64,000 bases of DNA from a virus (IMGVR_UViG_3300043775_001610:46253-110252), one strand, 5' to 3'; positions 48,771-58,366 are shown, counted from the stretch's first letter. Program-made: numbers and translations. Notes: a model not told the origin generated them from the letters alone.

Positions 48771-48926
48771 ATGAATAAGTATTTAATAAAGCTAGAAATT
48801 TCAGCAGAAGTAGAAGCTTTTGATGAAAACGATGCTAAAGAATATATCTCTGATATATTTGGTACAGATGATGAAGTAAAATCTGTAAAAATCTCTTCAA
48901 TAAGAGTAAAAGGGGAAAAAAAATGA
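48771..48926 (+). CDS. 51-aa hypothetical protein
   Basis: MNKYLIKLEISAEVEAFDENDAKEY...; fills the gap. Confidence 0.6.
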   Translation: MNKYLIKLEISAEVEAFDENDAKEYISDIFGTDDEVKSVKISSIRVKGEKK

Positions 48927-49810
48927 AATCACTATATGATCTAGAATTAAATGCAGCAGACGGTACACCAGACTTTTTGAAAAAGTATAAGGGTAAGGTT
49001 ACAATGTTTGTAAACACTACAGTAGGTTGTGGAAATGCAAACCAAATGGAGGTCTTAGAGTGGCTTCAGCAGAAATACAAGGACAGAGGCTTTGAGATTG
49101 TAGCTCTTCCAACAAATGATTACTGCGGTCCAGGAGTTACAAAGGGAGCATGGTCACAAGGATTAGTTGAAGGAATGGATTCACAAAACTATGGTTGCGA
49201 TGTATACGGGACTACATTTGGATTCTCTGAAAAAGTAAACTCAATTCCAAACAGAGAGATAGTCGGAGATCTAAATGGGATAGACCAGCCATTTGGAGAG
49301 CCAAGCGAAGTTTTTAATGTAATTTCAGATCACGCAAATAATTTATGGGGTAAGGCCCTAGAGCTAGGAATACAATTCCCATTTGACCAGTATTACTCAT
49401 GGTGGCTATGCCAAGGATTTTATGCTGGAGCAATCCAAGCTGCAAATTTTGAAAAGTACTTAGTGGACAAAGATGGTTTTGTAGTTAAGCACTATTCTCC
49501 TTCAGTTCTAAATCTTGATGTAGAGAAAACACTGAAAGACAATTTGATTAAAGATTTAGGATTAGACTACGGAGATTTTGGTGCAGATCTGTCTAGAATA
49601 CAGCATGGGTCTAATGTTTCTATAGGAGATGGAGGCAGGGTCGAGCTTGCTGCAGACCATGTATTAATGGTTTCTCATAGACAGCAAATTGCACCAGGTC
49701 CAGGACACGGAAGATCATACAAGTTATTTGAAGAAGAATGGTCAGTAGTATGTTCACACATTGAAGAGTTGCTTGATGGTGAATTATCAATGATTAACCC
49801 AAATAAATAA
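48923..49810 (+). CDS. Glutathione-peroxidase-like protein with a C-terminal extension
   Basis: YKGKVTMFVNTTVGCG...Q; FEIVALPTND; NFEKYLVDKDG. Confidence 0.8.
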   Translation: MKSLYDLELNAADGTPDFLKKYKGKVTMFVNTTVGCGNANQMEVLEWLQQKYKDRGFEIVALPTNDYCGPGVTKGAWSQGLVEGMDSQNYGCDVYGTTFGFSEKVNSIPNREIVGDLNGIDQPFGEPSEVFNVISDHANNLWGKALELGIQFPFDQYYSWWLCQGFYAGAIQAANFEKYLVDKDGFVVKHYSPSVLNLDVEKTLKDNLIKDLGLDYGDFGADLSRIQHGSNVSIGDGGRVELAADHVLMVSHRQQIAPGPGHGRSYKLFEEEWSVVCSHIEELLDGELSMINPNK

Positions 49811-49819
49811 TAAAAACAG

Positions 49820-49849
49820 TTGACAACGGCTGTTCTATTCCTGTATAAT
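49820..49849 (+). promoter_or_regulatory. Sigma70-type promoter
   Basis: TTGACA-N18-TATAAT, with a second TATAAT at 49860. Confidence 0.6.
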
Positions 49850-49882
49850 AATTTATAGGTATAATTAAGACGAGTTGGATAA

Positions 49883-50116
49883 ATGCTACACTTATATGAA
49901 AATGGAGTAGAGATTCTAAGGAAAAGAGTTCCTAAGAACAAGTTTGATTTATACTGGAACAATTATAGTTTAGTTGTTTGGGAAAAAAATAATAGCGGAT
50001 ATTTTGACACCAAAGGCATCTATAAAAATAATTCCTGGGGAATCGCAAATGAGTTTCCAGTTAATCCCAAAGGGGCATGGACTCTTCCGCTAAAATATGT
50101 CAAGTATTTTAAATAA
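49883..50116 (+). CDS. Hypothetical Trp-rich protein
   Basis: ORF upstream of whiB. Confidence 0.6.
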   Translation: MLHLYENGVEILRKRVPKNKFDLYWNNYSLVVWEKNNSGYFDTKGIYKNNSWGIANEFPVNPKGAWTLPLKYVKYFK

Positions 50117-50408
50117 ATTAGATTCAGATGAGCAGTCAGTAAGATGGTGGCATTTAGCTGCATGCAGTGGAATGAACACAAATCTATTCTTTGATCAATA
50201 TGAGTCAGATATTAATATGGCTAAGGCTATAGACCAGTGCTGTTTGTCATGCCCAGTTAGATCCATTTGTTATGAGTCTGGATTAAAAAACAGCGAGTAC
50301 GGTGTTTGGGGTGGTGTTTTTCTTTCATCTGGTTTAGTTGATAAAATGAAAAATGCTCACAAAACAAAAGAAATTTGGAAACAGCTAAAGGCGAACAAAA
50401 ATGTCTAA
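50097..50408 (+). CDS. whiB: WhiB-family Fe-S transcription factor
   Basis: W...AAC...FF...CLSCPVRSIC...EYGVWGG. Confidence 0.92.
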   Translation: MSSILNKLDSDEQSVRWWHLAACSGMNTNLFFDQYESDINMAKAIDQCCLSCPVRSICYESGLKNSEYGVWGGVFLSSGLVDKMKNAHKTKEIWKQLKANKNV

Positions 50409-50706
50409 CGTTTATGATAACCATCATTTTAAATATGGAATGAATCAGTGGACTGGTGAACCAAACAAACCAGTTTTTTATAATGAAGATATGAAGAAAA
50501 AGCTAAGAGAATTAAATAAACCTATGTTCTTGTTAATGGATGTTGTTAAGTATCCAGAGTTCCTTGCTTTAAGATTATATGAGGATAATTTTATACAGTT
50601 TGATGGAATTGAAAAAGAAAAGGTTATAGATTATGTGTCTAGAGCTAAAAAACTACTTGAGTCATATGGTGTTCGAGTAGAACTAGAAGGAAAGCCAATG
50701 TCATGA
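50401..50706 (+). CDS. Hypothetical protein
   Basis: Coupled ORF. Confidence 0.65.
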   Translation: MSNVYDNHHFKYGMNQWTGEPNKPVFYNEDMKKKLRELNKPMFLLMDVVKYPEFLALRLYEDNFIQFDGIEKEKVIDYVSRAKKLLESYGVRVELEGKPMS

Positions 50707-51167
50707 GCGAATTAAAACCAGAACACACTTCTGTAGTTGACAACTTTCTTAGAGAAAACTCAAGTGGTAGCACACACTATATGCTAACTATTGCAAGAGA
50801 CGGAGAAAGTCCAGCCAGATCTATCTATCACTACAATAGCCCAATAGATGTTACTGAGGCGTATAATAAGTACACTGATTGGGGATTTGCAAAGGATTAC
50901 CTAACAGTAACAATGTACGGACCAGGTGGGCAGCTAGCGCAAAAAGTTAATCGCAGATCTTCAGGCGGAAGCCAGGGAGACTGCACTTTTGTAAGAGAAG
51001 ATTATATAAAGGCAGAAAAGATAATTCTAAAATATAAGAATGAGATGGCAGAAGAAAGCTATACAAGCCTAGTAAAAGACTTTGCTGGGCTTTTTTCAAG
51101 AGACAACATTAGATTTAATGTTAGTCGTTTTTTTAAAGAAACAGAATGCGAAGAGGTTTTTGAATGA
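50703..51167 (+). CDS. Hypothetical protein
   Basis: Coupled ORF; C-terminal FSRDNIRFNVSRF. Confidence 0.65.
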   Translation: MSELKPEHTSVVDNFLRENSSGSTHYMLTIARDGESPARSIYHYNSPIDVTEAYNKYTDWGFAKDYLTVTMYGPGGQLAQKVNRRSSGGSQGDCTFVREDYIKAEKIILKYKNEMAEESYTSLVKDFAGLFSRDNIRFNVSRFFKETECEEVFE

Positions 51168-51403
51168 GTGAAAAGATATTTTGTTATTCATGTAACAAAA
51201 CAAAGAATAAGCTAAACTTAAAGAAGTCATCATTGCTTACAATCAACTTATTTCTTTGCCAAACATGCATAGACAATAAGTTTGAGCCAAGGTGGGTAAT
51301 CCTTATTGCTGGAAGACAAAATGGGCACGAATTAGTTAAAGATTTTATACAAAAAAAGAGATATATTGGCGCAGAAATTACAGCATCTGAGCTATTAATT
51401 TAG
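51164..51403 (+). CDS. Zn-finger protein
   Basis: CYSC...CQTC. Confidence 0.65.
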   Translation: MSEKIFCYSCNKTKNKLNLKKSSLLTINLFLCQTCIDNKFEPRWVILIAGRQNGHELVKDFIQKKRYIGAEITASELLI

Positions 51404-51431
51404 ATTAATTATAAGGTATAATTACCTTATA

Positions 51432-51746
51432 ATGGAAACAACTTACATAACGATTGTAGTATCAATATTAGCTGCAATGCTTAGTGGATTTGCCACTGCG
51501 TTGGTTAATGGTTTTAGGGACGCTAAAAAAGAAAGAAATAGGCGGGATGAGCGTGAAAAAGACCATCTTAAATTAGATATAAAAGATCTTAAGATAGAGT
51601 TGTATCAGCTTGAAAAAGAATTAAATGAATGGAAAGGCAAATATTATAAAGCCATCCAAGACTTAATTGAAATGAAGTCTGAATTAGAGAGTGTATTATC
51701 TCAATTAAATCACATAGAATATCATGAAATGCTGGACACAGAATAA
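51432..51746 (+). CDS. TM plus coiled-coil protein
   Basis: N-terminal TM helix, then heptads. Confidence 0.65.
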   Translation: METTYITIVVSILAAMLSGFATALVNGFRDAKKERNRRDEREKDHLKLDIKDLKIELYQLEKELNEWKGKYYKAIQDLIEMKSELESVLSQLNHIEYHEMLDTE

Positions 51747-51767
51747 TTAAAATAGTACAATAGATTT

Positions 51768-52325
51768 ATGACCTGTATTGTTGCTATTGCCCAGAATGGT
51801 GTTGTCTATATGGCTTCCGACCATGCTGCATCAGACGATAAAAGTGGATGGATCCTTTCTAGGAAAGAGCCTAAGTGTTTTAAGGTTGGTCAATACGGCG
51901 TAGCATTTACAGATTCTTTTCGCATGGGCCAAATTCTTCAATACATGTGGACTCCACCAAAATATACTCCAACTAAAACAAACTCTGGATTAGATAAGTT
52001 TATGAGAACTAAATTTATTGATTCAGTAAAAGCTGCATTCAAAGAGCATGGGTACGGAAGTATTGGATCATCTTCAGAAGAAGACACTGGTGGAATTTTC
52101 ATAGTAGGTGTTGAAGGTAGAATCTTTACTATAGATGAAGACTTTCATGTAGGGGAAAATATTGTAAACTATATGGCAGAAGGAAGCGGAGGACAGATAG
52201 CTTTGGGAGCATTGCATGCTACTAAAAATCAAAAAAATCCTAGGCTTAGATTAAAGGCAGCACTAGAAGCAGCAACTGAGTTTAATATGAGCGTAGCTGC
52301 CCCCTATACATACATTCAAGTTTAG
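51768..52325 (+). CDS. Ntn-hydrolase (HslV or proteasome-beta-like) protease
   Basis: MTCIVA (Thr nucleophile after Met removal), ASD, GSGGQIALGAL. Confidence 0.8.
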   Translation: MTCIVAIAQNGVVYMASDHAASDDKSGWILSRKEPKCFKVGQYGVAFTDSFRMGQILQYMWTPPKYTPTKTNSGLDKFMRTKFIDSVKAAFKEHGYGSIGSSSEEDTGGIFIVGVEGRIFTIDEDFHVGENIVNYMAEGSGGQIALGALHATKNQKNPRLRLKAALEAATEFNMSVAAPYTYIQV

Positions 52326-52339
52326 TGTATAATTAGTTA

Positions 52340-52546
52340 ATGGATATAAACGACTTAAGACCAGACTACTCAAGATCAATGGACATTAGAGGTGTGCCAA
52401 CACATGTATGTCCATGTGGTTGTGAGATATGGAACCTCAAAGTCATTTTTGATAGTTGTGAAATTGCAACTTATTTTTTAGATATGGAGTGTGCTAATTG
52501 TGGCACACTAGCAACGGCGCCAACGCCACTGGATAGAGAAGAATAA
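52340..52546 (+). CDS. Zn-ribbon protein
   Basis: CPCGC...CANCG. Confidence 0.7.
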   Translation: MDINDLRPDYSRSMDIRGVPTHVCPCGCEIWNLKVIFDSCEIATYFLDMECANCGTLATAPTPLDREE

Positions 52547-52548
52547 AT

Positions 52549-52728
52549 ATGAGATCACAAAGAAGAATTGATATGCTAGAGCTTGAACTATATAAGCTTA
52601 GAATTGAATTAGATATAATGCATGAGATTATGAGCAACGTAATTAATACTCAGGTACAAGCGGCGGAAGCAAGAAACATGGATTCTGGTAAATGGTATCC
52701 ACGCAAGAACCCAACACAAAATTCATAA
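52549..52728 (+). CDS. 59-aa hypothetical protein
   Basis: MRSQRRIDMLELELYKLRIELD...; below the cutoff. Confidence 0.55.
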   Translation: MRSQRRIDMLELELYKLRIELDIMHEIMSNVINTQVQAAEARNMDSGKWYPRKNPTQNS

Positions 52729-52732
52729 TCTA

Positions 52733-52761
52733 TTGACAACCATCGCTGAATTTAGTAGAAT
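52733..52761 (+). promoter_or_regulatory. Sigma70-type promoter, leaderless start at 52769
   Basis: TTGACA-N17-TAGAAT. Confidence 0.7.
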
Positions 52762-52768
52762 TAGCTTT

Positions 52769-53731
52769 ATGAAAAAACTAATAACTATGGCAATTATTGC
52801 CAGCACACTCGCTATCACCACAATGCCTGCACAGGCAAATCTAAAGCCAAAAACAGTTGTCCCAACATTGGCTATTTTAGACACAGCGCTAGACACATCA
52901 ATCCCATCAATTAAGTCAAGACTAGTTGCTGAGGTATGCATTTTAGATTGGCCATCATGTCCAAATAAAACTAAATTTATGGAGGGCGCAGGAGCATCAG
53001 TTCTTCCAATTAGTATGTTATCAACAAATAATTTTAACCATGGAACACAAATGGCTTCTGCAGCAATTGCATCTAACCCAAATATTAATATTGTATTTAT
53101 TAGAATTGTTGGTAACACAACAAAAGGCGGACAGCAAACTTATGGTCTAAACACTCTTGTAAATGCTTTAACATGGGTTAATAACAACAAAGCTAAGTAC
53201 AATATTGTAGCGGTTGCATCATCTCATGCTACAAATGCTCCAGTTGTTAAGCGCAGCGCAACATCTAATTACTGTTTGCCAACAGCAGTTGACACAGTAG
53301 TTTCTAATTTAAATAACTCTGGCGTACCAGTATTTTTCCCTTCTGGAAATAGTGCTGGAAATCCAAGCATGAAGGGCAAGATCGAGTGGCCAGCATGTAT
53401 TAGCCAATCAATTGCAGTTGGTGGAGTTGAAACTCTAAATCTAGATAAGCCTCAAGTTTCTTTAACAAGCAACTATGATGTAAAACTTGTAGATCTATGG
53501 GGTGAAATCCAGCAGCCAACTATTTATCCTGGAAATGTTAGCGGATATTCTTATGGAACATCTGTTTCTGTTCAGGTAATTGCTGCAAAATATGTGCACT
53601 TAAAGGTTGCAAAGCCTACATTGACATCAACAGAGCTAATTTCATTAATGAAGACGGCTTCTGATCCAGTAGAAAACTCTTATGGACAAAATGTTTATCT
53701 GTTTAAGTTGAGTAAAATAATCAATGGATAG
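52769..53731 (+). CDS. Secreted subtilisin-like (S8) serine protease
   Basis: Signal peptide; AILDT, HGTQMA, SGN, GTS. Confidence 0.85.
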   Translation: MKKLITMAIIASTLAITTMPAQANLKPKTVVPTLAILDTALDTSIPSIKSRLVAEVCILDWPSCPNKTKFMEGAGASVLPISMLSTNNFNHGTQMASAAIASNPNINIVFIRIVGNTTKGGQQTYGLNTLVNALTWVNNNKAKYNIVAVASSHATNAPVVKRSATSNYCLPTAVDTVVSNLNNSGVPVFFPSGNSAGNPSMKGKIEWPACISQSIAVGGVETLNLDKPQVSLTSNYDVKLVDLWGEIQQPTIYPGNVSGYSYGTSVSVQVIAAKYVHLKVAKPTLTSTELISLMKTASDPVENSYGQNVYLFKLSKIING

Positions 53732-53933
53732 TAAGTTAACTATCCTTGAAGAAATAATCAAGGACATTGGTGAGGAGTTGTACCAGAAATGGTACAACGC
53801 CCTTGCCATTGAAGATAGAACAGAAGAAGCATCAAAAGCAATGTCTGCAAATGCTGGTGAGACAGCATTATGGGTTATTCAAACATTTATGAATAAGTTT
53901 AATAATGCAGCGGATGAGCTAAAAGGAGAGTAA
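53724..53933 (+). CDS. Hypothetical protein
   Basis: Coupled ORF. Confidence 0.6.
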   Translation: MDSKLTILEEIIKDIGEELYQKWYNALAIEDRTEEASKAMSANAGETALWVIQTFMNKFNNAADELKGE

Positions 53934-53934
53934 G

Positions 53935-54237
53935 TTGATAGTTACAGATGAAAGCTTTGATAGAGTATTAGATTCTCACAATCTAGTCCTTATTGATTTT
54001 TGGGCTCCATGGTGCGGACCATGCTTAAAGGTGTCTCCAATACTAGATGAGATATCAAATGAGCGTGGATTGTGGGTTGGAAAACTAAATGTTGATGAAA
54101 ATCCTATAAAATCAGCAGAATACTCTGTAACTTCTATCCCTTATATGGTACTATTTAAGTCGGGGAAGCCAGTAAAAACTATTACTGGTGCAAAACCTAA
54201 GCATATTATGCTAGAAGAGCTTTCAGAATGGATCTAG
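53935..54237 (+). CDS. trxA: Thioredoxin
   Basis: DFWAPWCGPC. Confidence 0.95.
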   Translation: MIVTDESFDRVLDSHNLVLIDFWAPWCGPCLKVSPILDEISNERGLWVGKLNVDENPIKSAEYSVTSIPYMVLFKSGKPVKTITGAKPKHIMLEELSEWI

Positions 54238-54422
54238 AGAATATAGATTCAAATCATTTAGAGTTTGAGATATGGCTCAAAAATGGTTACGATAGAGGCT
54301 GGGTCTCAGATGTATTTTGCGATACACACGATGGTCCGCCTTTAACAGATGAAGAAATGCAAGAATGGGAAGAAGGAGGAGATCCCTGCTCTTTCCATGT
54401 AAAAGTAAATGCACTACACTAA
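54228..54422 (+). CDS. Hypothetical protein
   Basis: FCDTHDG...EEGGDPC motif. Confidence 0.65.
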   Translation: MDLENIDSNHLEFEIWLKNGYDRGWVSDVFCDTHDGPPLTDEEMQEWEEGGDPCSFHVKVNALH

Positions 54423-54471
54423 ATTTCTGCGATCAATATAGATCGTAGAGGAAATAAGGAGAATAAATTAA

Positions 54472-55908
54472 ATGAACTCATTTAAGAAAATCGCTCTAGC
54501 CATGGTTGCAGCCATGACTTTGGGCACAATGGTAGCAACACCTGCAAGTGCTAACACCATGTCAGTTGTAGCATCCACATGGAATGCCGCAAAAACAGGT
54601 GGCGCAGGATATGACACGCCAGCAACTGCTGGAACAGCGCTAACGACTGCAATCGTACGTCCAGTACCTGCAGACAACACTGTTGACAATACAGACGTTG
54701 TTCAGATCGTAGCAACAGTAGTAGCAGGAACATCAGTTACTGCAACTTCAACAAATGCAACAATTGTATCTGCACTACACTCAACTGCTGCACCAGTAGG
54801 AGCAACATCAGGATCATCATCTTTGACAGTTGCAACTGGTACAGGAACAACAGCAACATTCTATGTCTACACAAAGACAACAGCAATTGGAACAGTTGTA
54901 GTTACAAATGGTCCAGTAACGGTAACATACTATGTACAGGGTACTGCTGGTCTAATCAATAATCTATCAGTTTCTGCACCTACAACAGGTGCTGCTGGTA
55001 CAAAGCAAGACATCGTTGTAACTGCAACAGATGCATTTGGCAACAAGGTATCTGGTAAGTCAATTACAGCAACTGTATTTGCTTCAACAGCAGTTATGGA
55101 TACAGCAACAGTAACAACTGGTGCTACACTAACAGATTTTGGAACAGCAACCTTTAAGGCTACTCTTCCAACAACAGGAACACGCTCACTAATTACATTT
55201 GCTCCAACAACATCAACAGATGCAGTTGCAGCAGCAGTAGTTGGTTTGACTGCTCCGACACTTGCTCCATTCGCAGAGATTTCAGTTCGTGATCTAGTAT
55301 CAGAACTTGCTGCTGAAAAAGCAGCACTCGTTGCAGAAAGAGCAGCACACGCTTCAACAAAGGCTCAGCTTGAAGCAGAAGTTAAGGCTAAGTCAGCTCT
55401 AGCAGAAAGCCTAGCAAAGGCTAATGCTGAGCTACTAAAGGCTACCGCAGAAGCAACTGATGCAAAGAAGGCAGAAGCAAGCGCTCTAAAGGCACTCGCA
55501 GATGCAGGCGTTGCTGCAGATAAGATTATTGCACAGTTCAAGTTGGACTTGGAAGCAGCGAATGCTTCACTTGCAACACTTACTGCAGAACTTGCAGAAC
55601 TAAAGGCTTCACATGCCAAGGCACTTGCTGATCTAAAGGCTACATCAGATAAGGCACTTGCAGATGCAAAGGCTGCTTCAGATAAGGCAGTTGCAGATGC
55701 TGTAGCAACAGAGAAGGTAGCGGGTGCAAAGTCACTTGCAGATGCAAAGACTGCATCAGATGCTGCTCTACTCGCTAAGGATGCACAGATTGCTAAGTTG
55801 ACTGCAGATAATGCTGCAGCGATTAAGTCTATGAAGGCTGCATTTAACAAGTTGGCCACTCAGTGGAACAAGAAGAATCCAAAAGCTAAGGTTACCTTGC
55901 TTAAGTAA
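54472..55908 (+). CDS. Secreted Thr/Ala-rich surface protein with a C-terminal coiled coil
   Basis: Signal peptide MNSFKKIALAMVAA...; Ig-like Thr-rich domains; Ala/Lys coiled coil; strong SD and its own terminator. Confidence 0.75.
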   Translation: MNSFKKIALAMVAAMTLGTMVATPASANTMSVVASTWNAAKTGGAGYDTPATAGTALTTAIVRPVPADNTVDNTDVVQIVATVVAGTSVTATSTNATIVSALHSTAAPVGATSGSSSLTVATGTGTTATFYVYTKTTAIGTVVVTNGPVTVTYYVQGTAGLINNLSVSAPTTGAAGTKQDIVVTATDAFGNKVSGKSITATVFASTAVMDTATVTTGATLTDFGTATFKATLPTTGTRSLITFAPTTSTDAVAAAVVGLTAPTLAPFAEISVRDLVSELAAEKAALVAERAAHASTKAQLEAEVKAKSALAESLAKANAELLKATAEATDAKKAEASALKALADAGVAADKIIAQFKLDLEAANASLATLTAELAELKASHAKALADLKATSDKALADAKAASDKAVADAVATEKVAGAKSLADAKTASDAALLAKDAQIAKLTADNAAAIKSMKAAFNKLATQWNKKNPKAKVTLLK

Positions 55909-55915
55909 TTAGTTT

Positions 55916-55946
55916 AATATGGGGCAGGGTAACCTGCCCCATATTT
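55916..55946 (+). terminator. Hairpin terminator
   Basis: AATATGGGGCAGG-GTAA-CCTGCCCCATATT. Confidence 0.75.
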
Positions 55947-55969
55947 ACTATTATGATAAAATTAATACT

Positions 55970-56122
55970 ATGGAATGGGATCACTTTCACGTTATTCAAA
56001 AAAAAGTTTTAAATGAATTAATTAAAGAGATGGAAAGTTTAGAAATACCACCAGACTGGAGACCAAGAGAGGTTTTGAGTTTAGTAATTAGAAAATTAAA
56101 AGAAAAAGAGGAATCATGTTAA
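55970..56122 (+). CDS. Hypothetical protein (leaderless)
   Basis: TGATAAAAT then ATG 7 nt later; MEWDHFHV. Confidence 0.6.
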   Translation: MEWDHFHVIQKKVLNELIKEMESLEIPPDWRPREVLSLVIRKLKEKEESC

Positions 56123-56328
56123 CTAGATTAAAGTTTAAAATTTTTGGTTGGCTACGTGTCACACCAAAAGAAGCTATGTTTGAAAAAGTTATTACGGATG
56201 CAATTCTAGCATCAATTCAGGCACCAGCCAAGAAGACAGCCAAGAAGGCACCAGCTAAGAAGACAGCCAAGAAGGCACCAGCTAAGAAGGCGGCTAAGAA
56301 GGCACCAGCTAAGAAGGCAGCTAAGTAA
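56116..56328 (+). CDS. Histone-like Lys/Ala-rich protein
   Basis: C-terminal APAKKTAKK repeats, as in actinobacterial HU or Hlp tails. Confidence 0.7.
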   Translation: MLTRLKFKIFGWLRVTPKEAMFEKVITDAILASIQAPAKKTAKKAPAKKTAKKAPAKKAAKKAPAKKAAK

Positions 56329-56546
56329 TGGATTCTAAAAGAAAGTCATTGCTAAAGACTATCAGCTGGCCATTTGTACACTTCACTTTTGTTTCTGGAA
56401 TAATTTACTTTACTCTTAAATATTTTACTGGAGAAGCAGAGTGGGAATATGTTGGTCTTTACGGTCTATCGTATCTAGCGCTAGAGATGTCATTTTTCTT
56501 TATTCATGAAAGACTGTGGGCAAAGTTTGGCAAGAAAGTTAAGTAA
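56328..56546 (+). CDS. DUF2061-like membrane protein
   Basis: KSLLKTISW...FFIHERLW. Confidence 0.75.
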   Translation: MDSKRKSLLKTISWPFVHFTFVSGIIYFTLKYFTGEAEWEYVGLYGLSYLALEMSFFFIHERLWAKFGKKVK

Positions 56547-56686
56547 TGGGTAAGCACCTAGATAAAATGCAGAGAGCATTAGCACAAAGACAAGCAGGAA
56601 CATATGCTAGCGGACAAAAAAAGCCAGGGTCTATGAATATAAAGAAGACTGGATATAGAGGACAGAAGGCTAAAGGCTCTAAGTAA
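56546..56686 (+). CDS. 46-aa basic microprotein
   Basis: MGKHLDKMQRALAQRQ...KKPGSMN; TAATG-coupled on both sides. Confidence 0.6.
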   Translation: MGKHLDKMQRALAQRQAGTYASGQKKPGSMNIKKTGYRGQKAKGSK

Positions 56687-56808
56687 TGTTTAGTGGATTT
56701 TGCGAAATAAAGGGTTGTGGGAAAAAAGCAACTAGGATTTCAGGCAGTCAGTCAGGCCCAATTATTGATATATGTGATGATTGCTGGCATGAGCAATACA
56801 AGTCCTAA
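56686..56808 (+). CDS. 40-aa Zn-finger microprotein
   Basis: CEIKGC...CDDC. Confidence 0.6.
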   Translation: MFSGFCEIKGCGKKATRISGSQSGPIIDICDDCWHEQYKS

Positions 56809-56883
56809 TCAACTAAATGCTATAATAGAGGTATAAGCGGAATACTAGTCCCGCTTAAATAAATAACCTATAGGAGTAATAAC

Positions 56884-57036
56884 ATGTCAGACGGAAAAGA
56901 CTTAAACGGATTTACATCACCAAAGGTAGATGATTCAACAGTATGGGGCAACAACGAGCAGTACGCAGCTGATCCAAAGGCAGCATTCCCATCAACAGAC
57001 GTTTCAAACCAGGCGCAGGCTCAAGGTCCAAAGTAA
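56884..57036 (+). CDS. 50-aa peptide
   Basis: Promoter TGCTATAAT (56818-56826), SD AGGAG; MSDGKDLNGF...QAQGPK. Confidence 0.65.
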   Translation: MSDGKDLNGFTSPKVDDSTVWGNNEQYAADPKAAFPSTDVSNQAQAQGPK

Positions 57037-57037
57037 T

Positions 57038-57187
57038 ATGTGCATTGAATGTGGATGCGAAAGCGTAGGAAGTGAAACTGGTATAGCTTCAGTTTCAATT
57101 CAAGATGTTACTTCTCAAGGAACCTCTGGGGTTACCTTGAGCATGGTTTCAACACCAGAGCAGACTGAAAGGTTTATAAACGAATAA
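57038..57187 (+). CDS. 49-aa peptide with N-terminal MCIECGC
   Basis: Start 1 nt after the upstream stop; the ORF-track start at 56930 is unlikely. Confidence 0.65.
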   Translation: MCIECGCESVGSETGIASVSIQDVTSQGTSGVTLSMVSTPEQTERFINE

Positions 57188-57297
57188 TGTGCAAAGATTG
57201 CAATTGTGGTAACTCAGAAGACATTAAGTATGAATCTTCTGTTGAGCCATCTATGAATACAAATGTTGTAACAATATCACAAATTAAGGGTGCATAG
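57187..57297 (+). CDS. 36-aa peptide with N-terminal MCKDCNCG
   Basis: TAATG coupling. Confidence 0.6.
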   Translation: MCKDCNCGNSEDIKYESSVEPSMNTNVVTISQIKGA

Positions 57298-57473
57298 TGT
57301 CAGAAAACGTTGTAAACTCTAACGATACGCCAAAAAGAAATCCTTCTCAGGGTAAATTCAAATCAGGTATAAAAGAAAAAAGACCACCAATGAAGGTTGA
57401 CGTTAACAAGCATGGAATAAGAAGAGAAACACCAGCAGTAGCACCTAAAAAATTTGGTAGAAAGAAGGTTTAA
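57297..57473 (+). CDS. 58-aa basic peptide
   Basis: TAGTG coupling; Lys/Arg/Pro-rich. Confidence 0.55.
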   Translation: MSENVVNSNDTPKRNPSQGKFKSGIKEKRPPMKVDVNKHGIRRETPAVAPKKFGRKKV

Positions 57474-57475
57474 TA

Positions 57476-58366
57476 ATGGAAGCATTATCACAGAACACCA
57501 GTCAGCTCGGAGGAAAACTACTTGGCGGAGGAGGAACTGGGATTTGGCAGTATGAAAACTTTCTTTCTAAAGAAGAGTGCGAAGAACTAATTAAATTCTT
57601 TAACGCAAATGAAGAGGAGTGGAGATTTATTTGTTTTTATGGATCTTACGGTATGCATGTTGTTTCTCCATTTACTAAGGAGCATGGTACTTCAATAACT
57701 GAAGAATATATGGCTAACCTAAGAGAAAGAATGATTCAGTACTGTTCTGATGCTGCTGGAAGACCTATGAAGATTAATAGTATGCATGCACAGAAGTGGG
57801 AGATTGGTGCTTATGCAAACGATCACTCAGACAACACAGACCTTGATGGCGAAGATATGGGCTGGGCTGATAACAAACAATACTCTGGGATATATCTAAA
57901 TAGTCAACCAGACTATGAAGGTGGAGTTTTGAAGTTTAGAGATCACAACCTAGATGTTGTTCCGCCTACGGGATCTTTTGTATCATTCCCTGGAGGCGTA
58001 GAAAATATTCATAGCGTTACTGAGATTACTGCTGGAACAAGATACACGATAGTAATATTCTGGGATTATGCAGATGCATGGTACTCTGAAGCACAATTGC
58101 AAGAATGGGAAAGATTAATTTTTAAGGAAAGAATTCATCAATATCAATTGAAGCAGCAATGGAAAGACAAGGTAGCACACCCTTTGCTAGAAAATCCATA
58201 TGCTGGATTAGACAACCCAGAAGAATTACCAGAAGGACTAATGGAAAGCTTGACTTCTGCAGACATTAAGTGTAATGCTAGAAGAAATCAAGAGGCAGCA
58301 ATTAAAGCTGGTAAGGTTCCAGCTGGAGTAGTTGTTGACCAGATAATTACAGAGGAAGATGTTTGA
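57476..58366 (+). CDS. 2OG-Fe(II) oxygenase (P4H-like)
   Basis: NFLSKEEC, HSD, YLN..DYEGG.L.F, H.V..ITAGTRYT. Confidence 0.9.
   Translation: MEALSQNTSQLGGKLLGGGGTGIWQYENFLSKEECEELIKFFNANEEEWRFICFYGSYGMHVVSPFTKEHGTSITEEYMANLRERMIQYCSDAAGRPMKINSMHAQKWEIGAYANDHSDNTDLDGEDMGWADNKQYSGIYLNSQPDYEGGVLKFRDHNLDVVPPTGSFVSFPGGVENIHSVTEITAGTRYTIVIFWDYADAWYSEAQLQEWERLIFKERIHQYQLKQQWKDKVAHPLLENPYAGLDNPEELPEGLMESLTSADIKCNARRNQEAAIKAGKVPAGVVVDQIITEEDV

Noticed and set aside
48923-49810. Selenocysteine in the GPx-like gene
   Set aside because: The active-site codon is TGT (Cys) and there is no in-frame TGA.
56930-57037. N-terminal extension of the 85-aa ORF in the track
   Set aside because: It overlaps the SD-led 56884-57036 ORF; the start at 57038 (MCIECGC) fits better.
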